Origin: Anaeramoeba ignava BMAN
Lineage: Eukaryota > Protista > Anaeramoebae
Direction of reading: 5' to 3'
Assembly (NCBI GenBank): GCA_028826165.1
Contig: JAPDFW010000022.1
Location: 628,758 to 692,757, forward strand
Length of the DNA: 64,000 nt
Below, piece after piece: positions 44,201 through 57,500 of this stretch. Position 1 is the first letter of the stretch, and each line of letters opens with the position of its first letter. The notes under the pieces were generated by a model. The model worked only from the letters and a program-made list of their open reading frames with translations. It ran no database searches and was not told the DNA's origin. A program made the translations under genes and the position numbers.

Positions 44201-44590
44201 ATTTTAAATTCAAAATGAATTTTGTAAATGAATTTTAATTTTAATTTTTAATTTTAATTTTAATTTTAATTTTAAATTCAATTTTAAATTCAAAATGAAT
44301 TTTGTAAATGAATTTTAATTTTAATTTTAATTTTTAATAAAAAAAAAAAGGAAAAAAAGTCAAAAAAAAACTTTTTACTGATAAGCTAAAATTAATTTAT
44401 GAAGTTTAAATGGAGTGTTTTCTAAAATAATTGTAATGTCAGAAAATAGTTCTGATTTAAGCCAGCTGGAAAATCCTGAACTAAATATATCTTCAATTAT
44501 TAACATTTTATTTAATTCATCTTGATTTTGTTCTGTTTTTTCTGAATCTCTTTCAATGTTTTCATTATTTCTTGTTTCATCCATTTGCAT
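41257..44590 (-). CDS. BTB/POZ-BACK protein with C-terminal galactose-binding-like (F5/8-type) domain; 7 exons
   Basis: FSDITI...FKLHKLILAY|QS, ILEFIYSGKI, EEISVYTVI, TIRFPFL, FEYQKDFDTNGIIYYIGT, YTLRHGG..ADSLRTWDLQGSND, LSGVEFYG. Six GT-AG introns, all in frame. Confidence 0.85.
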
Positions 44591-45031
44591 TTGGATGATA
44601 ATAATAAAAATAAAATAATAAAAATGAAAAAATGAAAAAATGAAAAAATGAAAAATGAAAAATGAAAAAAAAATGAATAAAAATGAATAAATAAATGAAG
44701 AATAAAAATTGATTTATTCGTTTTTGCTTTACTTTTTAATTTAATTTTTTTTTCCCTCTTTTTACTTTAAAGTTAATTTGCTCAATTTTCTCATTTTTAT
44801 CTTTAATAAATTTCTTTTTTTTTTTGTTTGCCAGAAAACAACAAAAAAGCAAAAAAAAAAACAAAAAAGAAAAACAAAAAGAAAAAAAAAATTTTATTTT
44901 GGAAATGAAAAAACCATTTTTCTCTTTTCAAATTTGTTTACAATTTTGCAAATCTCTTTATTTTTTTATCTCTTTATTTCTTTTATTTAATTTAATTTAA
45001 ATTTAATTTACAAAAAAATTTTTTTTTTCAA

Positions 45032-48000
45032 ATGGAATGTTTAATTGCAATACCTTTTTTTCGTTTTACTTCTAACGACCCGAAAGTTTTACAACTTTTC
45101 CCAAACGATCAAATTTTAGTTTTTGATTATTATAATGAAGAATGGTTGAAAGGAGTTTCATTAACAAGAACCGTTACAGGAATTTTTCCTTGTAAAAAAA
45201 AAAACAAAAACAAAAACAAAAACAAAAAAACATCATAAATTATTTTTTTTTGCAATAATTTAAGGAATTAAAATTAAAAATTGAAATTAAAATTGATTTT
45301 GAATTTAATTGGAAAGGAAATTAATTGGAAAGGAAATTAATTGGAAAGGAAATTAAAATTAAAAATGAAAATTAAATTAAATATGAAAATAAATTGGAAA
45401 CTAAATTTAAAATCAAACAAAATTCAAAATTGAAAATTAAAATTTAAAATTGGAAAGGAAATTAAAATGAAAATAAATGTAAATTGAAATGAGAATGGTA
45501 ATTTGGAAAGGAAATTATAATGGCAATATGAATGAAAAAATAAAACGAAATTTGATGAAAAATAAATAAAATAAATTAAACAAAATTTAGAATTTAGAAT
45601 CAAACAAAATTAAAATTTAAAATTGGAAAGGAAATTAAAACGAAATTTGATGAAAAATAAATAAAATAAATAAATTTAGAATTTAGAATCAAACAAAATT
45701 AAAATTTAAAATTGGAAAGGAAATTAAAATGAAAATAAATGTAAATTGAAATGAGAATGGTAATTTGGATGAAAATAAATTGGAAAGGAAAATTTAAAAT
45801 CAAACAAAATTCAAATTGGAAAGGAAATTATAATGGCAATTTGAATGAAAGAATAAAACGAAATTTGATGAAAAAATAAATAAAATAAATAAATTTAGAA
45901 TTTAGAATCAAACAAAATTCAAATTAAAATTGAATTTAAAATTATAAATAAATTTAGAATTAAAAATAAAATTAAAATTATAAATAAAATTAAAATTAAT
46001 ATTAAAATTATAAATAAAATTAAAATCAAAATAAATTTAAAATTAAAATTGAATTCAAATTAAAATTAGTTAACTATGTAGAACTCAAAAAAGAAAATAT
46101 TAACCCAAGTGATTTCGAATCCAAAAAACCAGAAAATTTTCAAGACTTAATTACAAAATCCAAAACCCTTTTACAAATAAAAAAATTCAACCCAAACGAA
46201 AACAGAAAAATACAAGATCAATCAATAGTTCAAAGATTTAATCTTTCAGCAAAAACAAAAACAAAATGCCCATTTTATTTAAGTCAGATATTTAGAATGC
46301 ACGACAAAAAGGGTGATTGGAGAACATATTTATTTATGATTGATAAAAATGAAATACAATATTTCGACACAACAAAAAAACCCAATCATAATTTTTTAAT
46401 CGGGAAAATTCCGATAAGCGATATTGATGGAATTTTTCGAGTTCATGAAGATATTGAAAATATGATGAGTGGCTTTGGAAAAAATAAAAAACAAAGAATC
46501 AAGAGATCAACAACTTATAGCGAGCCAACATATTCTTTCAATTTCATAGCAAACAACCAATTATACTCATTGAGAACCGATTCTTTTGATGTTGTGAATG
46601 AATGGGCAAACACAATCCAATTGATGAAATTGTTGGGGAATTTAAAATTATCAAATCCAACTCAAACAGATTGTTCTTTAATTAAATCACTACTTGTCAC
46701 ACTTGATTATCTTTATAATAATGCATTGAATGAAAGGAAAAAACAACGCAAACAAGATCTTGAGAAAATTAAGAAAATGAAGCAAAACCCGCAAGAAAAC
46801 AAATCTTCCGATTATAAATCTTATAAAATGAAGAAAATCAAGAAAAAATTAGAGGCAATAATGGTCTGGAAACATAAACTACTTGAGTATTTATTTGCGG
46901 CAAACACATCTCATTATATACATATTGCAAACAATCCCGCGCCAAAATGCATGGGGATGACAATCGAGGATTCGCAATCAAACGTTCACAACGAATTGCA
47001 TTTTTCCAAGTTCGAAATGGTTACAATAATTCGCTCCTCAGATACAGAGCACTGGCTTGGAGAGTGCAACGGAAAACGCGGGTATTTCTCATCCAAAAGC
47101 ATCATGCTTCTTTATCAAGGAAAAGACGAAGGATTAGAAACCCAGGAAAATTACAACAGTCCAAACAAGCAAAATAACGGATTCAAAATGATCCAGAAAG
47201 AGAGTCTTTGGAATTCCGTCATTTTGCAGCGACTTGATGGGTTTCAAGATATGGAGACTCTCTATGTCAGAATCAAGCAGCGCAACATCAAGTGGTCTGA
47301 AAGAATATGCGCTCTTACTCCGTGCTCGATATATATTTTCGATGCAAAAAAAACAAGTGCTGAGATTGTGATCGAAATTGAGAATATCCAATCGATCCAC
47401 AAACTTCAGACAAGAAAGGATCAATTTGTCGTTTTTTTGATCAAACTCCATCTGAGCGAACTTAAGATCTCTACATCAAAATCAATGATCCCTTCCGCTT
47501 CAACAAGTTGGATCGGCAAACTCCAGTTTTTATGGAGTGTCCAAAAGGTTAGACAAAAAATACGTAATATTGCTCCTCATAAACAAGTAGATAATATAGA
47601 GAAAATTCGTATTGATGTGATTGAAAGGAAAAAACAGCGCCAAACCCTTTTGAAAGGATTTGAAAAAATGGAGAAATCGTTGGTTAGAACTCAGCAGTAC
47701 CAACAATTTGATCCACAAAAAAAAACTTCCCTTCTTAGTGATTTTTATGGAGACTCTGATGGGTTTGTTGGAAAGAAAGATAGAAGTCAAGATACTGATG
47801 GAAACGAAGAAATTGGGGAAGATTTTGGTGCAAAGAAACCTGAACCAAATAAAAACGAAAAAAGAGAAAAAATCAAAATCAAAATCAAATTCAAAATCAA
47901 AATCAAAATCAAAATCAAATTCAAATCCAAAATCAAAATCAAATTCAAATCAGCGATGATTTTCATGATAACGATGATTTTAGTGAAAATGATAATTTTA

Positions 48001-51000
48001 ACGAAAGTGACAATTTTAACGAAAACGAAAGCAAAATTGGAAAGTTGAAAAAAAGCAAAGAAACCAAATTGCAACTTGCTCAACAATATCAAACACTATT
48101 TCATCTCCATTTAAAACAAGTATTTTGTCTCAACGAACTCTCCGCATTTGCGCAGATCAACAAACAAATACTGCGTCTGATTGCGCGACTTCGGTTTCCT
48201 GGTCTTGAGAACGGGATCTGGTTTGCATTCTCGAGCCAAGGATACCGAATCCGAATCAAGATGGAAAATGAAGAAAAAGAGGAAGATTTGGCACCTTCCC
48301 AAATGACAAAGATCGAGAATTCCATGGTTCTTCAACGGCTGCTAGAAGATCGTTCAGGGATTGTTGAGACGTTTCAAATTGCGGAATATGAGGATGTTTT
48401 TTTGTCAAATATGGGCAGATCACCCTCTTTTTTGGAAGTACTTGCATCGCCTATCAAAAAGAAAAAGAAAAAGAAAATAGAATCAAAATTGAAATCAGAA
48501 ACCAAAAGGAAATCAAAACCGGAATCCTTGAAAAAACGAACAAAAAGCACTGATGAAAAAATCCAAAAACCGAAGGCGAAGAATCTGTATATTCTTTGTA
48601 TTCCTTCAATCTAAATCTTCTCCCCACACAACGTGCAATTCAGCTTGCATCTCAATGCTTGCGCAGATGGGAGCAAGTTCCGAACATGGATGATCTTATG
48701 CACTTCCCAGTTTTTGCTGCAGATTTTGTGTTTGTTTTCGTAAATAAAAAATGGAGTCGCTTTTGGCTTCATTTACACTCATGGATCATGACATTTTCGA
48801 AATCAAGTTATTCAGAAACACCATATCGAGTTCTTGATTTGCGAAATTTATTATCATTAAAATTCGATGCAAACAAACATGAACGGGATAACGTATTAAC
48901 AATGCGGATAGCGAACCAACCCGATATTGCGTTATCTGCAGAAAATCCTGAATATGCTCAATCACTTCAAGCAGTACTTCATTTCCTGGCATTTTTACGA
49001 ACAGCATTTCCATCATCACCAACAACATTGATGGGAATACCATCTCTCAACCAGACAAATACATCATTTCCGTTGTTCCGAATTTACTCACTACTTGATT
49101 GGCTCGAAAAACAAATTTCCGTTAATAACCAAAAAAGATCTCGGAATAAAAATCTCATCAAACTTTTCCAAGATGCTGGAGACGGAAGCGTACTGACTTT
49201 TGAAAGGATCCAGCGTGTGAGTAAAATCTCAATCAATCATCTTCGTCATTGGCGCTCTGTTCTTCTGAGCAAATTGTTCTATCTCTCTCCAGTGGAAAAA
49301 ACAGAAGGTGCTTTCTATGCATGTTCCAAAAATAAACCGCAACTTCATCTCCAAATGAACGTTAATAACCAGAATCAAGTCGCCGAGAATTATCTTGATT
49401 ACACTCGCTGGGATTGGATTCGTGTTTTGTCGCCTAAGGATCTTCAAGACGATTCCATCCCTTCCTTCAAAGGAGAGTTGATCAGAGCAAATACTGGCGC
49501 TGGAAATGCGCTAAAGAAGGACATGTATTTCTTCTTTGTGACTAACGATCCCCAAAACAATTTCAATTCAAAACACTGCATTTCGCTTCCAACAAATGAA
49601 CATGTAAAGAAACATGAAGAAATTTTCCGAAATCATTTCAGAAGCAAAACCTCTGTAAACGGAAAAAATCCAAATCAGGACGAGATTTCCAAAAATAATA
49701 ACGGAAAAGTGGATCCGCTGTTTTTTATGGATCCAGAAAATCTTGGTGAGTTTGTTGATGGTTATAGCCAAGAAAATCAGGCCCAAGCCGCAGAACTTGC
49801 TCTTGATGGCCCACCACCTTTTCTTCTCAGAGCTTCTGTCCGTTATGATAAGTTGAAGAATTCCGAACCACATTGGAAAGAGGCTATCCTCATTCTGCGC
49901 GGAACGGAAATTCGAAAATTACTCGATTCTCCGAAATCGATCAAGAAACTAACAGCAAAAAATCGATCCAAAAGCAAGATTAGCAAAATCAAATCAAACT
50001 CAAAAAACACTCGCGAAAGATCGTATTCGAAACCAGAACCACTCACAAAGCCGCCAACAAACGAACCAGAAAAACTTCTTTTCTCTTGCGGACCGTATCT
50101 TGAGTTGTATGTTTCTGATCAAGATATTGTTTTACCAGAAGATGATCGACTTATCAGTCTCCCACAGAAATATCGGGCGCATACAATAAAAATCCACAAC
50201 GGAACACAGTATCTCATGCTTGCTTTCGAGACCGAGCCAGAATTTGTTGCTTGGACGAATTGCTTCCAATTAACAAACTCATTTGCACTTCTTAATTCGG
50301 TTGTAATTGAACCAGGATATTTGTGCGAAATTGAGAATTCGGATCTTGCAGAACAAACACAAATAAATGAACCAGTTGATTCTGAAAAAACCGTTATTGT
50401 TCCACAAAAAAACTCGAAGTATTTCCAAAAAAACACTTTTATGGAGGATATGAAGCAACGAATTGCTGAGAATCGGAAGAACCTTCTCTCGAGTAAGGTT
50501 TTCCAGTCAAGACACCAAAGCGTGTTTAAACAGCAGCAAATGCGGAAATTTCTTGAAGACTCAAAGAACTTGAAGTCAATGGAAAACATCCGCGACTGGC
50601 TTGACAACGAGATCCACTTGCATCTCTACAAAACAAGTCAAGCTCGAAACGAGATTCTTCTTTCTGGCAACGATAACATCAATCGTTTGAACCAATTAGA
50701 GACAAAACTAATTGAGGAGAACCGCAGAGCAGAGAAGCTCCGATTGTGGCACAGAAAGATATTGAGCGTGATTCTTCGTCTCTACATCAAAAACTCTCCC
50801 GATCTCCGTCCAAGAGCTTACACTCTCAAATCCTCAGAAGAATTGGGAGATGATTTGGAATGTATTTATGGAAACAATGATGAATTTTTGGTCAAATCAA
50901 GTGAAGAAAAATCACTTGATGAAATTTCTTTTGAAAATTCTAACGAACAAAATGAGAATTTTTCGGTTGAAAATCCGTTTGAAAAAAAATCAATACAAAG

Positions 51001-52519
51001 AAGAGCGACTCAGAAGTTCCAGTCAAAAACAACAACAACATCAGAAACTCAAAATTTATTCCAATCGAAGGAGTGGCTCGAACTCAAACAAATCCAACCT
51101 GATCCTGAAAACAACGGAATCACATACGTTGTCAACATTAAAAATTCTCTGTATCTTCTTGATGGATCAGCAGCAATTCCAGTAAGACCTGCGCAAATAT
51201 TGGAAATAAACGTTCCAAGAACAAAGTTCAATCTTTATTTCGCAACTCTTCCTGACGTCATCAAGACACAACTTTCTGATGAAATGAGCATTTTTCATCC
51301 TGCTCCAGAGCCAAACAAAAAAATGCAACTCATGCACTTGCTTCTTGCGTTTGATCTCAAGCTTGTTTCCGGAATAAACACTCTTCTCAACCAGCCAGAA
51401 CCTCACATCATAGAGAGTTTCCTTGTTGTTTTTGAATACAAGAAAATGGAGATGCAATTATTCGATCTTATTGTCGATACAGAAGTCAAAAATACTCAAT
51501 TCAAAAACTCGTTATTTCGAGTGAATAATTTCTCGTGCAAAATTCTCGCAAAATTTGCTCAACGAATCGGTCGTGATTTCCTTGTTAAAACACTCAGACC
51601 GTTTCTCGAAGAGATGATCGAGCTTTTCCAGAACAACACAACACTCACACTTGAATTTGAAGTAATCAATCCCTTTGGAGATGACAACCAAAGCCAAAAC
51701 GAAAAAAATGCCAAATTGGCAGCAAACGAACAACGGATTGAACTTGTTCAGAAATACACCTCCAAAATCATGAACACGATCCTCAATTCGATCCAAAACT
51801 GTCCTCTTTCCTTCCGCGAGTTGTGTTTCAAATTGTACCACAAAAGTGTTGAGCGTTTCCCCGATGCCGGACTTTCCGTTATTTCTGGATTTTTCTTTTT
51901 AAGGTTCTTATGTCCTGCAATTGTTGCTCCCCATATTTTCGGTGTTCTTGGACTTGAAACAAAACTTGGTCCACGGATTACAAATGCACTTCTCACAATT
52001 TCGAAACTTGTACAGAGCATTGCCAACGAGTGTCCATTCCATCCGGATTCAGACATGTTCTTTTTCAATGATTTCATCCAAGGTTATTTTTCAAAAACAC
52101 AGAAATTTATGAAATCTCTTATTCAACGTTGTTTTGTTGTTTCTGCTGCGCAAGATTTCGAGGAAATTGGTATCAAAAAAACAGATGATATTCTTGTTAT
52201 CGGTCAAGTTGAAACAAAGCAAGAATCCAATTCTCGTAATGTCGAGGATATTTCCCAAAGTAAATTTGTTCTAGGTTCAATTGGAAAGTCTATGAGTCAA
52301 ACTTGGTTGATTCCTACTTATGTTTTGGATCTCAAATCAAAACGTTTTGATTATGTTCTTGAAAGAATTCCTGCAACAAATGAAGAGGCTGATCTTTCCT
52401 TGGAAAATATTTATCATTTTATAACTGTTCCTTCAACTGCAAAAGCTTTGATCCAATTTATTAATGATTCTAATGATGAAGATTTTAAAGAAGCTGGTAA
52501 TAAATTTTTTAATAAGTGA
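45032..52519 (+). CDS. Giant multi-SH3/PH RasGAP (~2,200 aa); exons 45032-45191 and 46070-52519, apparent -1 frameshifts near 47860 and 48570
   Basis: SH3 split by the intron (EEWLKG...TGIFP|FNYVE). PH domains and a second SH3 (ELHFSKFEMVTII..HWLGECNGKRGYF). RasGAP motifs LFRVNNFSCK (Arg finger), GFFFLRFLCPAI and KLVQSIAN. Confidence 0.85.
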
Positions 52520-52639
52520 TTTTTTTTCTTTCTTGTATTTTAATCTTTTCAAAAATTCTTTTGTTTGTTTTTTTTAAAAAAAAAGAAGAAAGGATTATTT
52601 TATCTAAATTTATTTCTCTTTAATTTTTATTTACATTTT

Positions 52640-53270
52640 TATTTTAATTTTGATTTTTAATTTTGATTTTAATTTTGATTTTAATTTTGATTTCGATTTT
52701 GATTTATATTTTGATTTTCATTTTGATTTTGATTTTGATTTTTTGAATTTGATTTTGATTTTGATTTTAATTTTGATTTTGATTTTGATTTTGATTTTGA
52801 TTTTGATTTTGATTTTGATTTTGATTTTGATTTTGATTTTGATTTTGATTTTGATTTTGATTTTTATTTTGATTTTGATTTTGATTTTCATTTTGATTTT
52901 GATTTTGATTTTGATTTTGATTTTGATTTTGAATTTGAATTTGATTTTGATTTTGATTTTGATTTTGATTTTGATTTTGATTTTAATTTTCAATTTGATT
53001 TTCAATTTGATTTTGATTTTGATTTTGATTTTGATTTTGATTTTGATTTTGATTTTGATTTTGATTTTGATTTTGATTTTGATTTTGATTTTGATTTATA
53101 TTTTGATTTTGATTTTGATTTTGATTTTGATTTTGATTTTGATTTTGATTTTGATTTTGATTTTGATTTTGATTTTGATTTTGATTTTGATTTTGATTTT
53201 GATTTTGATTTTGATTTTGATTTTGATTTTGATTTTGATTTTGATTTTGATTTTGAATTTGATTTTCTTT
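52640..53270. repeat. (TTTTGA)n microsatellite spanning the CFAP20 3' end and the intergenic region
   Basis: Hexamer array that reads as poly-NQ on the minus strand. Confidence 0.9.
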
Positions 53271-54179
53271 CTCAATTTGATTCTTTTTTTCAATCATTAA
53301 TTTCATTCTCCTTTGAATTTTTTTACTAAATGAAACTCTTCTTTGATGAATATCAAAACTTTTTTTTTGTTTTTCTTTTGGATCAATAATTTTAAAATCA
53401 TCTGGAAGTTCATCATCTTCATAAAGTTTATTACTGAAAAAAATTCTTCTTAATCTACAATTTGCATGAACTTTAAGAGAAATTGTTTCAACATATTTTG
53501 TTTTAAAAGCTTTTTGAGTAAATTCAACAAGATTAAATTGAATTTGATTCCAACCAACATCTAATTTCATTGGCAAATTACACATAAATTCTGTAATTTT
53601 TGTTTTTTTCTTTTATTTTTTATTCCAATTAAATATTAGATTAAATATTGATTTTATTTGAATTAAATATTAAATATTAATTTACAGTATAATTTGAAGC
53701 TCTAAATCTTCTTTTAGCATTTCTATCATCAAGAATTTCAATCTCAAAAGAAAAAAATTTTCTAAGCTAAAAAAATTAAATTAAGTTCAATTAAAATTAA
53801 AATTAAATTAAATTAAATTAAATTAAGTTAAATTCAATTCAAATTTTTATTCCACTTTTTTCTTTTTTATTTAATAAATTTTTATTCCACTTTTTTCTTT
53901 TTATTTTTATTTTTTTTTTAAAATAAAATTTACATTTTTAATGAATAAAATCAAATAAGGTAAATGAATTGATAAAGAAATTGAAGAATTAGAAGGATAA
54001 GTCAAATAAGTATTTTCAATACAATTACTTTTAATTTCAAGAACTATTGATTTTAAATCTTCATCTGTAATTCTTTTAATTTGTCCTCCTTTAACATTTT
54101 GTTTCCAATTTTTTAATGGTTTTCTTCCAATAGAAAAGAAAATAGAAATTATTTCATTTTGTGAATATTTTTGATTCAT
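52983..54179 (-). CDS. CFAP20: CFAP20/BUG22 homolog with poly-NQ tail; 3 exons
   Basis: SIFFSIGRKPLKNW..GGQIKRITDEDLKSIVLEI, LPYLILFIKN|LRKFFSFEIEILDDRNAKRRFRASNY, LPMKLDVGWNQIQFNL, VHANCRLRRIFFS. Confidence 0.9.
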
Positions 54180-54598
54180 TTTTTTTCTTTTTCTCTTTCA
54201 AATAATTCTAATTTTTTTCTTTTTTTTTGAAAACACAAAAACAAAACAAAACAAGATCAAAAAAAAAAGATCAAAAAGATAAAAATAAATCTTTTTTCTT
54301 TTTTCTTTTTTCTTTTTTATTGATTAAAAAATTAAAATAAATTTTAAATTTAATCAATGTCAAAAAATCAAAAATTTGTTTTTTATTTTTGTTTTTTATT
54401 TTGATCAAAATTTTTTTCCTTTTTAAATCAAAATTGATTTTGTTTTTTTTTTGAAAAGAAAAAAGAAAAAAAGAAAAAAAAGTGGAAAAAAAAGTTGGAA
54501 AAAAAGAAAGTTGGAAAAAAAAAGTGGAAAGGAAAAATAAATTTTGATCAATTTCAAAGTAAAAGAAAAAGAAAGAAAGAAATGAAATGAAAATTTGA

Positions 54599-57500
54599 TT
54601 ATTTGATTTTTTTGAATTTGTTTTCTTTAACATTCATTTTACTTAAATCTCCTGCTTTTTTAATTGTTTCCCAAATTTTTTCTTCTCTTTCTTTTAAAAA
54701 TTCTTTTCTTTTTCTTTCAATCTCAATAGAATGTTTACGAAATTCTTGAATTTTTTTATTTGCTGCAATTGTAAGAAGAAATAAGTATTTTTTTCTGATT
54801 TTTTCAATTTTAAAAGGTTCACCAGTAATTGGATGATTTTCCAAATAAGAAACTGCCATTGAAATTTCTTTTTCTGAAACATCAGGTTTTTTCTCAATAA
54901 TATGTCCAATCATTTTCTTTTCTTCTTGTAAGAAATTCATTAAATAATTTGCAAAAACTCTAAGAACTGGATTATTTATTTCATTATCAATAAGCATCAT
55001 TGCTGAATAAGATTCATCAATCGATTTTTCATTATCAAGTCGGAAAATTGTTGATATTGATCCTCCAGTTGTTCCTAATAATTTTTTAGCTGCTGAAGTT
55101 GCTCCTGAAAATATTGTCATGAAAAATTTAATAAAATCATAAATTGAAAATGCTGTTCGATTTTTTACTTTTTCTTTCTCAAGGAAAAATTTAGTGATAA
55201 TTTTTTGAATAATAATTCCAAATAATATTTGATAAACAAATACAATAGCAATGAATATAATTATATAAATAATAATTTTAACAAGAAATTCTTTGGAAAC
55301 AAACCAATAAAGCGCTTGAATAAAAAATAATATAATGAAAATAATTATCCATACTAAAAGAAATGAAATTAATCCTAACCAAATTTGTAAATTTGTGTAA
55401 GAAGTAACTTTAATTGCTTTTGCTTGATCAAATTCATTGAATGGTTTTTTTCCTTGTCTTAAAAGCATAATTCTTTTTCGATATAATTTGAAAATTGATC
55501 TCCAAAGTAAAAGAAGAATTATAAATGCAATAAATGCTGATATTCCTGAAACAACTGAAACTGCATTCATAATTTTATTTACTTGATATCTTGAAAATCG
55601 ATAAATAAATCTTTTAAATGAATTTTCAAGTGGATCTTTATCAACAGTATAATCAAGTTCATATTCATTAATTAATTGAATTCCATAATCAGAAATTGAT
55701 TCTGGATAATCACTTATTTCTGGTTTATCATTAAAACAATTACTTTGTTGAATATCTCCTATTGTTTCTTGTCTATAAAATTGAACAGTTAAACATGCAC
55801 TTCGAATAAGTTTAGTACAAAGTAAAATTAATAATGAAACTAAAACAATCCATAACCAAAATGAAGCAAGTAATCTTTGTGGATAATAAAAATCAAAATA
55901 ACTTTCATATTCTTTATGTGGATTTGGTTCTTCTTTAAATTTTGATTTGATTTTATTGTATAATTTCTGAAATAGTTTTACAATCAATTTCCAAAATTTT
56001 TTTAATTTACTTGGATTTTTTTCTTCTTTTTTTTCTTCATCTTCTTTATTTTTTAAATTTTGAGAAAATGTACTTAAAATATTTTGAGTTCCATATCTTC
56101 TTGTTGATCTTCTAAGAATAAGTCTAATTTCTGTTTCTGTTAATTGAAATTGTTTTTTTTGATTTTCATTTTCATTTTGATTTTCATTTTGATTTTGATT
56201 TTGATTTTGATTTTCATTTTGATTTTCATTTTGATTTTCATTTTCATTTTCATTTTCATTTTCATTTTGATTTTGATTTTGATTTTGATTTTGATTTTGA
56301 TTTTGATTTTGATTTTGATTTTGATTTTGATTTTCATTTTGATTTATATTTTGATTTTCATTTTCATTTTGATTTTCATTTTGATTTTCATTTTGATTTT
56401 GAGAATCAGTTTCTAATTCAATTTCATCATTATTATTATTTTTGTTTTTGTTTTTGTTTTTATTAATATAATAATTTTTTTCATCTTCATTTTCACTTGT
56501 TTCTGAATCTGGAATATTTTTTCCAAGTGTTTTTTCAATTTCTATTACTTTCAAACTTCTAATTGCTCCTATTGGAAGTAATTTTTTAAAAAGAGATATA
56601 TAACTTGTCATTCTTTCATTAACAAAAACATATTTATCAATTATTTTTGAAAATTTTGGAATAAATCTTGATAAAATAATAAAAAGTAAAGGAATAAGTG
56701 TAAGTGAAACAAGAATTCCTTCAAAAAATGATAAAGAAACATATTGTCTTGATTCTACTTTTTTTGCTTTTGGAATTAATTTAGGAAGAAATACAATCAA
56801 AACAATCATTAATCCAAATGCAATAATAAATGTGAGAATGTTATGTTGTTTTGGTGAATTGAGGAAAAAAGGAATTGTAAGTGATAAACTAACAACCCAA
56901 AAAAGAAATGATTGTTTTAAAGAATCAACTGCTTTGGTTAATATAATACTATCAGGAGAAGTTATTAAAAATGATTGATAATCAGATTGAATTCCTAAAA
57001 TTGAAAAAGAAACTTCTCCTTTTACTTTGTTTTCTTTGTTTTCTTCAATTAAACATTCTTTAGTTCCTGAAATTGAATCAAATTGAATATTTTGGAAATA
57101 AGCAACTCCTCCAGAACTTATTGAAATTGAACTTTCAGGAATTGAAACATTACAACATTTTGTAATTATTGAAATTGGAAAATTAATTCCTTCTTGATAA
57201 CCTGTATTGAAATTAACTGAAACTTTAGCTGAAAATTTATCACCAATTTCAATATCATCAGGAACATTATAAACATCAGAAATTACATTATCGATTGGAT
57301 TTTTTAAATAAAATTGTTCTGTTGTTATACTTATATTATTATAAGAAAATTTTATTGAATAAAAACCACTGTTTCCAGAAATCATTTTAAGATTAAAAAC
57401 TGCTATTCCATTTTCATCAGTTGTTTGTAATGTTGTTTGAGGATCTAAAACACCACTTCCAGCATTTTGTTCAATTTTAGCTGAAATTACTTTTCCTGAT

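Noticed and set aside
45032-52519. Intein or mobile-element insertion explaining the size and frame breaks of the RasGAP locus
   Set aside because: I recognised no Hint splicing motifs (N-terminal Cys block, C-terminal HN-C/S/T), LAGLIDADG, RT or transposase motifs. The breaks lie at A homopolymers.
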